From Rhodosorus marinus CCMP1338 (lineage: Eukaryota; Plantae; Rhodophyta): DNA of 64,000 nt. The stretch's first letter is position 1. Every line of letters begins with the position of its first letter. This document shows, one piece after another, positions 13,211 to 25,072 of this stretch. The notes under the pieces are model-generated. The model worked only from the letters and a program-made list of their open reading frames with translations. It was not told where the DNA came from and did no database searches. The DNA lies in assembly GCA_029953675.1 (NCBI GenBank), contig JAMWBK010000003.1, positions 248,001-312,000 of the forward strand, in the 5' to 3' direction. The translations under genes and the position numbers were made by a program.

Positions 13211-13561
13211 CTCTTGGATAGCCACCAGCTTACCGAAGGCGTACTATCCAACGGGTTCCCTGCCACCGCCGAAGACTCAGACCAGATTAACTCTAAACTG
13301 ACAGAACTCACAGCTGCGCTTGGGTCAACGCGACGTCTTTGGATTGTTGTAGAGGTTGGTGAAGCTCATGAGTGCGACGAGGCCAAGCGTTATTCGAGGA
13401 GCCTGCTAGCGTTTAGAAAACCTCCGAGGCGGTTTCCAGGTCTCGTTTTACTACATATCAGGATAGCGCGTCCTTAATACTATACATCTTCACAATATAC
13501 AATCCTACGACTACAATTACATAGGGGTTTGCGCGGCTTTCTTCGCGCGCTGCTCACTACT

Positions 13562-14932
13562 CTACATGACAATCAAAGCGGCCAATTGTTCCGTCTGATT
13601 ATCCACCTTGTCACCCTCGGCCTTTCGATAATGACAAAAACGAACGACAAGACCAGTCTCAGTTTCAACAACCAAATCGGTAATGAGTCGGACTTGGAGG
13701 TTGAACATGTTTCCTACCTTGAGAGCCCGCTGATCGGAAGGCGACTCTCGTTCAGGGTGGTACATGTTCGAGGTAGAGAGCATATCAATGTCATCGATTC
13801 CTCTCTGTCGAATTCGCTCGGCTACGATCTGCGGAATGTTCAAAAACCAGACGTCGCCGTCGCCGAATTTGGAACGAACGGCAAGCTTCACAACCGGCCC
13901 GGATGATCTTTTGCTATTTTGTTTCATTCAATAGGGGGGCATATTTATGCGTCAGTCAGTCCTTGTCACTGGTCGAAGACATGCCCGGCAAGATGTCAGA
14001 TTTGTGCATACCGACTGCGGGCGATGACGCTTGTCTCTGTGTAGCCCTTTGAGAAGTCATGAACGAAGAAAATCCGTCGCTTGGCCCCCCTAGCAAGCGT
14101 TTCTTCCCATGGGAAGAAAAACTTGTTCACGTATTCGGTTTCCACAGCTACTGGAAGATCGAATCGCTCGTCCGTACCTACAGCGGCGATGAGCGACCTT
14201 TTGGGAAGGTCTACAGCCTCTAAAATCAGGTTTATCAGCTGCTCAATCATACCCGCTGCAACGCTCATCAGAGTTACCTGTACACCGCACCATAGAAGAC
14301 TCAGTCTTCCAGTAACCAAACAGCCTATGTCGTGAAGGCATACGTTACACGCGGCAATCATCTGTCCTCCTTTTGTGCCAATCAGCACTGGAACACCAAC
14401 ATTACGTGGCTCTACATCCAGTCTGCTTCTGAGAGCCGCTATTCCAACTCCTCTTTCAGTAGTCCAAATCGCATCAGCTTCCCTTACAGGACTCCCTTCA
14501 CTACTGACTAGTTTCCCGGACTCAACTCTGGCGATCGTACTGCTCCCAGCTCTGGACGTGGAGAATAGCCTTCGAAATGAAAGCAGCAAAAGCACACAAA
14601 TAAAAACGACGGAATCAGGGCTTGGATAGGGCCGATTAGAGTTTACGGATTATGTAACGCTATTTGTGCAAGCTGGAAACCTACGTTCTACTAGGTACGT
14701 CCAGAGCCGACTCGCCTGAGTCTCCGCTGCCTTCCAGTGACAAGTAGGGGAAAAAGCTGTGTTCAACGTTTGCCTCCCTCAACTTCTCCGCTTCCTTCTC
14801 CCAGCCGTGATCAGCCCTTCGCTTCTTCTTAATCGATCCTCCTCCACGCTTCCGACCAGAGCACGATGTGTACCCTCGAAACCGATTCCTCCGGAATTGC
14901 ACAGGGAAATTAACAAACATCAAATCATCCAT
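13562..14932 (-). CDS. YfiH/LACC1(FAMIN)-like protein (Cu-oxidase_4 fold), divergent, with organelle transit-peptide-like N-terminus
   Basis: The spliced product shows the family's motifs in order: 'LFSTSRAGSS' (cf. FTTRxGGVS), 'EADAIWTTERGVGIA' (cf. ADALITxxxGVxLA), 'VPVLI...MIAA', 'LIAAVG', 'WFLNIPQIV..RI..RGIDDI', 'FCHYRK...QLAALI' (cf. FFSYRR...RMxAxI). Confidence 0.7.
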
Positions 14933-15601
14933 AGCCTTTAGATAGCTACCTATACCGTCAATCCCCACCTATGCACTCCAACATGTTGCAACCGTCGCAT
15001 CCACCTTCAAACCTTCATCCCCATCAAGCTATACTCTCCTCCCTCACCACCGGCCTAAGAGCACTGTCCCAATATTTTTTGAGAGACTCTGTCCCACATC
15101 CGCAAGAACTCTGAAGATCGACGGCTGTGGTCGTCTGTGGGTCCCTTGAGTAGAGCGCCAAGGTTTGAAGATACTTAGGAGGCTGTTAGCAGAGCCTTGG
15201 TGTACCTAGGGATGAGTTATCGCGAAGGCGACTCACGAGGCTCATGGATGGTGGGGACCCGGCTTTTGGCATGGTCAAAGTATTTGAAGTAAGGTTGTCA
15301 AGGACGGGCGCTCAAAGGAATGCGATTTGGTGGAATAGAACTCAATTCCCATTCGCTACAGCATTGACAAAAGACTAGTTCAGCTCAGACTAGAGTTTTG
15401 ATGGTTGATGCAGCTGTCCCACGTCCTGCAGTCCTTGAGATGATATTCAACGGCGAGTGTCAGCTACAGTAAGCTCAGTTTCGCCGACGCGGTTCGCTGG
15501 TCGTCTTTACTCTTTGAAGCACGTCGGAAAGGGAGATTGAGCCCGGACGATAATGCCACAACGCGCGTTAAGAAATAATGCAGAGCTAGCGGGGGGGCAC
15601 T

Positions 15602-16390
15602 ATGATAGGCAGGATGTACGCTAGCGGCAGACTAGTTAGAACTGGTCTGCGGCTGAGCTTTTGTCGAAGGCTATGCGACCGAATTGATCCAGAGGTTTTG
15701 CGTCACGCCCTGAAATCATGGGACCATGGTGATATTAGAGACTTTCAGACGCGTTTTTCGGGACTGCAGGGAGTGCAGATTAAGCTGAAAGGGCCCGTCG
15801 GACAAGGGGAGCTTCCGCCTACCGTGGAATGGAATGGATTGATCTACAAAGTTCTCGTGCAGGATAGAGATATTGAGAGAGTTGTCGACAGGTTCTTGGA
15901 TGACGTGGATGATCTAGATCTTACCATTGAGACGTCCGAGAGCAATGGAGTCGTATCCTTCACAGTCTTCCTCAGCGAAGACGAGAATGGGGACAAATTA
16001 CAGCTCGCGAGAACCACAACTCCCTTTGACGAGGAGGAGGTAGCGAAAATGAAGAAACAGTGCAGGCTAGTTGCCAAAAAGGAGATGCGAAAGCGTAATC
16101 ACAGAATTGAACGTTTGAAAGTGCTCGGACACGTGATGGAGGAAATCAAAGCGGACGATCGATTCTTGAGCAAGTACTGCCAGGACTATATGATCGACCT
16201 TTCAGATGATATGAAAATAGCCTACGTTTCCCTGAAAGTTCGTGACGATCACAACCTGCGCAAATCTACGGAAGAACATGTAGCCGAGCAAAGCTTCAAA
16301 TGGAACCAGCAAGCGTTTGCCCTGTTTTGTAAGCTTACGCGTTCGAGAAGCGCTCCCAACTTGTTCTTTGACGTTTTCGTGGATGAATAG
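15602..16390 (+). CDS. Single-exon, probably mitochondrion-targeted protein with an RbfA-like C-terminal domain
   Basis: 262-aa ORF with an Arg-rich, acid-free N-terminus. C-terminal 'EEIKADDRF...IDLSDDMKIAYV...RSAPNLFF' resembles RbfA 'EIKDPR...VSPDLxHAKV...RxxPELxF'. Confidence 0.5.
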   Translation: MIGRMYASGRLVRTGLRLSFCRRLCDRIDPEVLRHALKSWDHGDIRDFQTRFSGLQGVQIKLKGPVGQGELPPTVEWNGLIYKVLVQDRDIERVVDRFLDDVDDLDLTIETSESNGVVSFTVFLSEDENGDKLQLARTTTPFDEEEVAKMKKQCRLVAKKEMRKRNHRIERLKVLGHVMEEIKADDRFLSKYCQDYMIDLSDDMKIAYVSLKVRDDHNLRKSTEEHVAEQSFKWNQQAFALFCKLTRSRSAPNLFFDVFVDE

Positions 16391-17167
16391 TGATTGACAC
16401 AAGCGGTCACTTGGAAATCATATCTGAAGCGATCCACGATAAGTAGTGTGGTTGACAGACCCTGGACTACTCAACTTTGTCAAATTGCATGGAAAAGTTT
16501 TCTTCATAGGACTGACTCGTGGGCCCTTGAGGAGACCATGCTTGAACGAGGATTCTAGTTGTTGAGCATGTTCACAGGATGAGTTTCGGCAGACCTCTAG
16601 TTAGACCTCTAGGCTGCGATCGTCTACAGTGAATGCCTGATACTCTTCAGAAATGGAACCACGATCGTTCGTATTCTATGTTCGGGCGTTTGGTTTTAGT
16701 ATATTTCAAGATAATGGGCTCGCGCTGGTTCCCGAGTTTTTTTAGTTAACTGAGAAATTTGCAATCAGCTGCGCTGTGCTGTGCACCCGCTCTGGATCTG
16801 CGACAAGCCGTGTCTCTAGCCGAAGACGAGCGCATCGGGGTTCGATTGCTTTCGTGACGTGTGCGTGACATCACCAAGTATATAAAGGACAGCTGGATCC
16901 ATTGCCAGGAGCGTGAAAAGTTTTTCTACTTATCATTAGACGGAAATGCCGGTTATCCATGCACGTTATGCTATTCTTCTAATTCGATCTCAAGCTTACA
17001 ATTTGCGACGGGCAATCAGTTCCAGTGTGTCCAATGCTACCCTAGTCATCCATATCCTTCCAAGGCCAAACGAAGCCCTGCCCTCACCACAAGCTACCGA
17101 ATAGCAACTCCTTAGAACAGAAGTCACCTACTCGGCACACAAATGGACAGCCGTGCGTGACTGCTCT

Positions 17168-18463
17168 TATGGCGTTGCTTTCACAAAATACATGTTTTGC
17201 TATTAAAATCCATCACATCCTCAAAAAAGAAAGAAATATATCATTATTCTTCATTATTTATTTGAATAGCGCTATAAACAAGAAAAGTGTCAATAATATA
17301 GTTGCATAAACAAATATGAAAAAAAATTCATATAAAAATTTCGAGGGGTAGGGTATATTCCTTTTTTTCCGAGAGTAAAATTCCTTTTGTCAAATATTTT
17401 CCTTGCTTTTCTGAGCCTTTCAACCAATTGAAACGAAACTTGAACGGGAGTCCCTTTTTTTTTTTTGCGTTCCTTTTCGCAAGGAGCTGACGAAGTTGTA
17501 TTTCAACTGTCCCAGAAAGTATGTTCTCTAATATCATTGAAGACAAATACGAAAAACGAAAAGGATTCGTTTTATATGGTTTTGGGGGGCGGGGGGGGGG
17601 GGAGGCGGGAGTAGGAAATCGCGGTTGGTTGACACTGGTCGACGGTAGTCAGAGTCTGCGTATGTTGTTGACTGTGAAGCACATTTTTTCGGTTCAGGAA
17701 ATATTGATTATATATAGATCAATATGAAACAACTCTATCCAATTAGGACTTTTCTTGAAGAATTCTGATTGATATACCGTCAGGTAGAAGACAAGTTTGA
17801 AAACCGTAATATACTATACATTTACGTTTATGTGTGTTCAGTTTCTATTATATGGTTTATTTTTCCTCATCCTACAGCGTATCTACCCTACTAAACACTA
17901 CTAGGCCCATTCGTCAAACTTCAGATTGCTTAGATGGCTTGGACGACCTATGTTTTTTCTTCTAAGTTCTGATGGTGCATGGCCAATACTACAATTTCGA
18001 CGTATTGTAGAACCAAAATGGTTTTGTACTCCGAAATTTCCAGATTTGGAGAGGATGGTGTTAAAATATGAATAGTTGAAATATGTAGCCATTGGTGGGG
18101 ACCTAATGGCACAGTATGCCAACTTATGGATGATATTAATATTGCATAATAAAGAAAAATACGTCTAAATTAAATAGGTCCTTATAAGTCATCCAAATTC
18201 AGTTCCGACAGTTTTGAAGAATTCTAAGGGCGCAACCCCCACGGAACCCATGTTGGAAAACCGCAATTGCGTGTATTTATTTACTTAAGTTTTACTTAGA
18301 CAACAATAGATGGCTTTTTTACCCCCTGAGATAGATCATCGATTTTTGGCCACGTACGTTGTAAGTATGAATATAACAGATAATTTTGTATTAAAATATT
18401 GACTAGACGGTTTATCAGGTGGTGACGCCTAAGATAATCGAGAAAAAAGAGTCCAACGCCATA
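17168..18463. mobile_element. AT-rich island, possible degenerate or non-autonomous DNA transposon
   Basis: Sharp drop in GC, no credible long ORF, and a bounding 10-bp inverted repeat TATGGCGTTG (17168-17177) / CAACGCCATA (18454-18463). No target-site duplication seen. Confidence 0.3.
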
Positions 18464-18779
18464 GTTGATTATTTATTTTTTTTCACATGTTCAAGAAAAT
18501 CTTTGCGTACGTGCTCATTTTCACGATGTGACCTCAGAAAGTTGGGTTCCGGGGAGGGATGAGAACAGTTCGGGCGAAGGTGGGGGATGTCAACCTACCT
18601 GGATAAAGGGAGCGAGCGGATAGATTGTGATTTTGGGTAAGGTACAGCGGTTATAGGCTGTTAGTGAGGGGGATAGTTTATTGAGAGAAAGTGGTTTGTG
18701 ATTTAGACGGCCAGCTGTAGAAGCTGATAATTCGGTTCTGGGAAAGAGTGAGAGAGTAGCGGCTTGAGGTTGTTGAACG

Positions 18780-21700
18780 ATGGGGGGTGGTTCGCCGCCG
18801 GTTCCGGATAGTGATGACCGGGGCAGTCCCAGCCGAACGAATGGGTTCGCAGAAGACTCGTTTGTGTCAGGGTACAATACGAATGGTGATAGTATGAGAG
18901 TCCCTTTCGCATCGGGTAGTAATTCGGGAATGGCCAGCTCCAGAACAACAAGGTCGATTTTCGGCACAAGGCTGGCGTTGAACTTGTTGGGTCTTGCAGA
19001 AGAGGCGGAGGCAGCCGAAAACGCTAGACCCCACGAAGAGAAGGGAATGGTCAATGGAATTCAGGAGCAGGAGACGCTTGAGCGGACTACGCAAGAATTT
19101 ACAGATGAGGTTTCTCAGGTTCGACGCTCCTCATGATCCTGTCTATATGATTTTTTTCAATGCTTAGCAAGCGGACAGAGCTGTGAGAGAAAGGTTTGTG
19201 TCTGGGCCAGAATATCAGTGCTCTGTCATCTGAAAAAGAGTATTTCCTTGTGCTTCGTATCATACGCAGGTTGATCTTACGAAGCTCTCGCTGGAAGATT
19301 TGATGCGTGAGGTTGGATGGTGGCGCACGATGAAGATAAAGACGCAGAAATTCGCCAAAGACAATTGGCCGCTTTTCATTTTCTGTGGTTTGTGCGGCCT
19401 CGCGTTGATGTTTCTTGGCATTTTCGCATTTGATCCACTGAGCTGGCAGGCATGGATGGCATTTGCCATCGTTATTTTGTTACTCGCGCTGCTGATGAAG
19501 AGCACAATTCCGACTCAGGTTTCCATGCTGTTAGCAGTGACGGCCATGCTTGCATTCAAAATCGTTACACCCTCGCAGGCCCTCGTAGGGTTCAGCAACG
19601 ACGGAGTTGCATCTGTGGCAGTACTGTTTGCTGTAGCTGAAGGAGTTCAGCGTACGAGTATGCTGAGACCTGTTTTCAGGTATGAGACTCTGCTGGTCAG
19701 GGAGAACAGTTCAGCCCAACTGTTTCCCCATGTCTATCAAGGAAAGTATAACACCAACAGCTTGTGACTCCCTTTTTGCTGTAGGTTTCTCCTGGGCAAA
19801 CCAAAGAAGCTGATTTGGGCTTTGATACGACTCACTCTACCAGTGGCGTTAGTGTCCGCGTTCCTAAACAATACGCCGGTTATCGCGATGATGATTCCCA
19901 TTGTCAAGACTTGGTCCAGACGTGCGGGTTTCTCTGCGTCGAAGCTGTTGATGCCTCTGAACGACGCTGCTCTGTTAGGTGGTACAGTGACGCTGTTGGG
20001 AACTTCGACCAACCTTGTGGTGAAGGGTCTCGCGGACCAAGCTAACCTCGAATTCAATGGAGAGCCGGTATGGTCTTGTTCTAGGAGCGAACAAACTCGA
20101 ACTCACTGTATGTCGCATTGTAGCCGGCCAATACTCAGCATCTTGCACGTTGCGTCTCAACATCAGGTCGAATTGAACATTTTCGGAATCACCCCGGTCG
20201 GGCTTCCCACACTTTGTATCGGATTGGTTTACATTTACCTGATGTCGAACATCCTTATTAAGGACCGGACGGAGTCAGTCACGGATGTCATGAACAATCC
20301 GAAAGAATACACTGTGGCTTTAAAGGTTGAGGCGAAGAGTCCAATTGTAGGGGAAACGCTTCTCGAGGCCGGTCTCCGACAGCTTCACGGTCTCTACCTA
20401 GTAGAACTGACTCGCGATTCGGGTGACGTTATTCCTGCACCTGACCCTGAGACCACGGTATGTTGATTCGAACCATCGCCCTGGGCGGTTGCTGCATGAC
20501 AAGCGTGTGCTCCTGGACTAGTTTGCAAACTCACTTGTCCTTTATCTTTCCCGCAGCTTGAGGCGAATGATATCTTACTGTTTGCCGGAGTTGTGGACAC
20601 TGTGACAGAACTTTACCATATTCCCGGACTTGTCCCCGCTACTGCGCAGACAAACAAGATCAAGGCCATGAGGCACAAGCGAAGGCTCTACGAGGTTGTC
20701 ATTAATCCCGCCTCTTTCCTTGTTGGGTGAGTTTTGGTTCTAGAAAGCGTACTTCCAACTATCTGGTTCCCGAGGTCGAAGCTGATGACAAATTTCAATC
20801 TGGACTGCATACATAGGCTTTCGGTGAAGGAGTCTAAGTTCAGGTCAAAGTTCAAGGCTGCTATCATTGCAGTCCATAGACAAGGAGAGCATGTCAAAGA
20901 GAAAATTGCGGACATTGTCCTCAAGGGTGGAGACACGTTGCTGATTGAGGCGAGCGAGGAGTTTGTTGAGCTCCACGAGAACGACTCGAACTTTGCATTG
21001 CTGAACGAAGTAGGTTGATATTCTCAGCAACTTCAGGGTGCGAATCCGCCAGTATCGATTCTAACCCCGCCCGTTCACTGTTTAGGTCAGCGGCTCTCAG
21101 CCACCAAGAGAGGACAGGTTTCATATGCTGATATGCGCCTTCCTAGTAATCACTATGATCGCGATTGTCACGGCAAACCTGATGAACCTGCTTACGATGG
21201 CGTTGATAACGTCGTTCTTGCTGATATTCACAAGATGCATGACCATGGCAAACGCGGCGAGCTCCGTATCCATACCAGTCATTATGACAATTGCTCTGTC
21301 TTTTGGAGTGTCTGTTGGTCTGGCGGTAAGTTTCACGGGCAGCACGTTTTTCGACCATGACTTGAGCTCAGCGAGTTTTGGGGGCTAACCTCTTTGATTG
21401 TATTGTAGAATACTGGAGGTGCTACACAGCTTGCAAATTTCATCGTCAGTGTTTTCTCGCCGATAGGCACCATTGGAGTGCTCTTCGGTATTTACATTGG
21501 CACAGTTCTCCTGTCGTCTGTGATCACAAACAACGCTGCAGTCGCTCTAATGTTTCCGATTGTTGCCGACCCGGAAACGGGAATTATCGTGCAGCAAAAT
21601 CTGAACCCTTACGCCGCACTTTACACAATGATGCTTGCCGCGAGCGCGTCCTTGTCAACGCCAATTGGATATCAGACAAATCTCATGGTTCACGGTCCTG

Positions 21701-21804
21701 GAGGATATACATTCGTGGATTGGGTCAAGTTTGGTGTCCCTCTGCAGATTCTGCTGTGCGCAACGAGTGTACCCCTTTGCAACGTAATCTGGCCCTCGGG
21801 CTAG
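18780..21804 (+). CDS. SLC13/CitMHS-family transporter with TrkA-C domains (algal SLT1/SLT2/SAC1-type Na+/sulfate cotransporter), about 8 exons
   Basis: 'ALVGFSNDGVASVAVLFAVAEGV', 'SAFLNNTPVIAMMIP', 'GGTVTLLGTSTNL', TrkA-C segments 'VEAKSPIVGETLLEAGLRQLHGLYL' and 'AAIIAVHRQG', then 'SSVITNNAAVALMFPI' and 'TPIGYQTNLMV.GPGGY'. Confidence 0.93.
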
Positions 21805-22173
21805 ACGAGGATCGATCGGGCGATAGACTGGAATGAATTGCTGTACCGGGATAGCTATTCGAGAAGGCAAAGCCTGGGGTTGAGATAAGACTATTGAGCC
21901 AATTCTAGCTGAACGAAATGTTAAATATTTTGCTTAGAAGAGGAGAACTTCACTATTGGTTCGCATCCCCGAGCGGGTAGGATTTGTCGGAGGTATTAAA
22001 ACAACTTTGGAAGTAGCAAAACCCAAAGAATAGAGGATTTCTCTTGGGACGATACAGTGACTCTCCACGCGACGGGACCCGGCTCCCGGACGGAACTATG
22101 CCTTCGGCTCGCTGGATTTCGTTTAACGTTCTTTGTGCTCTTGTGAAAATCGTATTCCATGCCACTTTCTTGG

Positions 22174-23950
22174 CTAGGGCCTCATCCGTTTCGTCAAGTT
22201 CTTTGCAAGAAATGAGTCGCACCTCGAAAGAGCGCAGAATAGAGTATCTCGGTAAGGTCTTAGGTCGTCCGCTGGAGTCCTATTCAGAATCAGCATTGCT
22301 AGCTTTGCAAATCTGAGACCATACCGCAAGGGTAGATTGTATCAAGGACGGGATTAGCCGGCAAGTGGACATCTAGCTGCGTCATTGTGTGCATTTTCGG
22401 AACCTCCGCACCTAACAGAACTACCCAGGTTGGAAGAATTCCGGTCGAAAGCAGAGATCATGTACTTCACTGACTCGCCCTCGGGCTTGCAGCTCGTGAA
22501 CAACCCTTCCACGAGCTTCACTGCTGATTCATTCCAGATTTTCCTACAGGTCTGCTCAAGTGCCGCCTCAGAGAACTCTGGTTTACCAATCTCACGGCTC
22601 ACCCGAGTAAGAACCTCCGCTATATGAAGGGTTGTCGACGTCAGAGTCATGGACGCCGCAAGTGACCGGGAGATCAGGTAGACTTACCGATGGCAACACT
22701 CAGATGGTCTAAGCATTCTGGAAAGAGTGTTTCAAGGGCCGCTCTTGGATAACTCGTGCACAATCGTACTGTACTCGACATGAACTCCCTCGTAGCAGAT
22801 GCATTCAAGGCTACGAGTCGAGGGCAAATTGAGTACTTCATGCATGCGTTGGCGACGCGATAGCACATGTCTTCCTCTGCAGCTTTCCACAAGCGACAGG
22901 GAGACAAGTCAATAATGCAGTACTTTTTACAGGACTAGATGAGCATGCGAGCTTGAGCCTTCACCTTGGAGGAGTTGATCAACCATGAGAGCCAGTGATT
23001 CGTCGGACCAGCTCTTGTCACTTTCAGCAAGTGAGGCCCATAACTCGAGGTGGGTCGAGTTGAGGAATGCTTTGAGGGAAGCTTTTGGTAGTTTCAACCT
23101 CCTCATTGTGTCATTTTGCCTTCCCCACGAATCCAGCGACTTCCACAGTTCTAGCTCATCCCCAACCAGGGATGATTCTTACCAGACAAACGCAGTTATC
23201 GGAGAATCAATCATACAAGGTCTACAGAAACAATGTGCACTTTCTGGCGAGTACTCACGTGGGTCGCGTTGTGTATCCTCAAGTTGCGCAGACGTGTCGA
23301 GGCTCTTTTTCTCGACAAGAAATTGGTGCGAGTTCTCCGCGCGGACTGCCAGAGTCTCGGAGCTCGCCCTGTTCGGAACATTCGGATGATCGGTGTCTCT
23401 CTGATGCTCCTCAATCGGCGGCTCATGTTGATCCCTGGAAGGATAGATCTCTCTCGAAAAGTCGTTCTTCAGCTTCGACTTGGCAGCGTGAAGTATCCGG
23501 CTCTCAAATCTTCCCAATTCAAGGAAACGAGGTTGTGAGCTTGGCACCTTTCTCTCAAAGGAAGAATGAAAACCACCTCACCGATATTCCAACGCCTTAA
23601 GGACAACAGCCAAGTTCCTCTGTTCTCTAATCGGAACGTTTGGGAGTCGCTCGACCGCATCCTTCGCCCATTCAACCGCCTTCACAGGATCATGCTTGCA
23701 AGCCTTCAAACATGCAGAACTACGAAACCGTTTCCCAGGAATCCAACCCTCGTTTGTCCCGGTGTCAACCTTCGTTGAACGAGGTCTTTTCATGCTCCTA
23801 GGAGCTACAAATTCGCCAATATTGTTTCCATATACTCTCTTCGTCGAAGAGCGACTAAAAGTCTTAGCATCTTCCTGAGCAGAATAGTATTTTCGATATT
23901 TTCAAGTAGGAAATGATCCAAATCCTCTGTCTGCAGCTCCACCTTTCCCG
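22174..23950 (-). CDS. FANCE: Fanconi anemia group E (FANCE)-like protein, multi-exon; 5' end uncertain
   Basis: The spliced C-terminus 'LVALNASATREFMSSTVRLCTSYPRAALETLF...IWNESAVKLV...SSVRFAKLAML...LSRCDSFLAKNL*' resembles the FANCE C-terminal repeats 'ILSLTSSASRLL...FCAKY...W.EET...S.AYAKL...NTTFLRKSL'. Stop TAG at 22174-22176. Confidence 0.7.
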
Positions 23951-24110
23951 TTCCTCGCGTGAAGCGACAGTCTGTTGCTCCTCGTCAAGTCCAAATCCCA
24001 AACCCTAAACTACTTCAAGCACACGAGTGTCATAGTCTGATATTCAGTTTTTCATTTTCGTTGTAGGAGATGGAGCTGCCCTCTACCTCTACATCTGTGG
24101 GGCTGGATGT

Positions 24111-25072
24111 AGAGGCTTCGAGCGCGATCTATTAGGCTCATCGCCGTCCAGGGTCTGAAGCGTCCCTCCAGCAGCACAACAAACGTGATTGCGGATGAAA
24201 CGAAGAAGGGTACAAAGGGTTGTGACGACATCAGACGAGAGATTTGCGCCGGGTTCTTGGTTAGAGGACAAGGCGGAAGGATTTGTAGTGGTTCGTTAGA
24301 TAACATCTTGGTCTACTCCAGGCTGAAGGAGGAGCGAGAAGGTTATCCAGGCAAGATTTCCGATCTCAATCCACTAGGTGCCATTCCACAATCGAAATGT
24401 CTGAAGCACGTTCATATCCGAGTTCGGAGCACACTTTTCAATAGAGTCGGATGGACATCCTGTTCCGCGTCCATCTCTCGATTGCAGTCATCAGTTGAAT
24501 TGTTGTGGTGCGCTTGGTGATAGTACCTTGATCTACTCCCGAACGGAGGAGGTGCACGAGGGAAGGCCATCTCCGCCAAGTCTTCGAGGAGCTCAAGAGA
24601 CTCTTCAAGCCAGCTCTGTCTTGGCGGGTTATAAATAGAGATCATGCCATCAGGGAATGATGCTTGACGGCTTTTTAATATAGTTGGACTTGGTCGACAT
24701 GAAGGCACACTTTGAAGAGCATCGTCCATGAAAGAAGCGGGGCATGAGACAGAATACTAGCCAAGCTCAAGCCAGGCGTTTACCGCTGAAGGGTGAAATA
24801 CCAGTTACGACCTGAGCAGCTCAGGAGTGCTGTGTTCAGTCGTTCCCCTCGTGCGGTGTTGAGAATCACACCATATCCGCGTTGAGCTATAAGGTGAACC
24901 TGGTACCGACAACAACGTGATTGACTTCCGGGAGCGATAGACCAAAAGCCCGAGGAAGGGACGCCGTCAAAGTCCTTCACAGTGCGGTTGTCAATCCGCA
25001 AGCACGCTGTGCCAGATGGACGCTTCAGACCCTAAGCGACGGTGAGCTGATTAGATCGCGCTCGAAGTCTCT
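24111..25072. repeat. Imperfect inverted repeat with 55-bp core arms at 24111-24165 and 25018-25072
   Basis: 46/55 identity by manual count (GGACGCTTCAGACCCT...AGATCGCGCTCGAAG). Weaker similarity extends on both sides of the core. Confidence 0.85.
24280..24930 (+). mobile_element. Degenerate Ty3/Gypsy pol relic: two RT fragments and a possible RNase H fragment
   Basis: About 24281-24365 reads 'FVVVxLDNILVYSRLKEEREG' (one frameshift). About 24495-24600 reads 'VV..LIYSRTEEVHE / GHLRQVFEELKR'. Both match RT 'FVVVYLDDILIYSxxxEEHxxHLRxV'. About 24860-24930 'AVL..HTISALSYKVN' weakly resembles RNase H. Confidence 0.6.

Noticed and set aside
15000-15300. GTGAGT...CTAAC-AG intron-like signal with short ORFs (a similar case at 11650-11950)
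   Set aside because: The frame is ambiguous and products are under 70 aa without motifs; these may be 5'-UTR introns.
16820-16930. GGTTCGATT B-box-like motif, a TATATAAA box and GAGCGTGA (U3 box B-like)
   Set aside because: No cloverleaf, A-box or U3 box C/D partners were found, so no tRNA, SINE or snoRNA call is supported.
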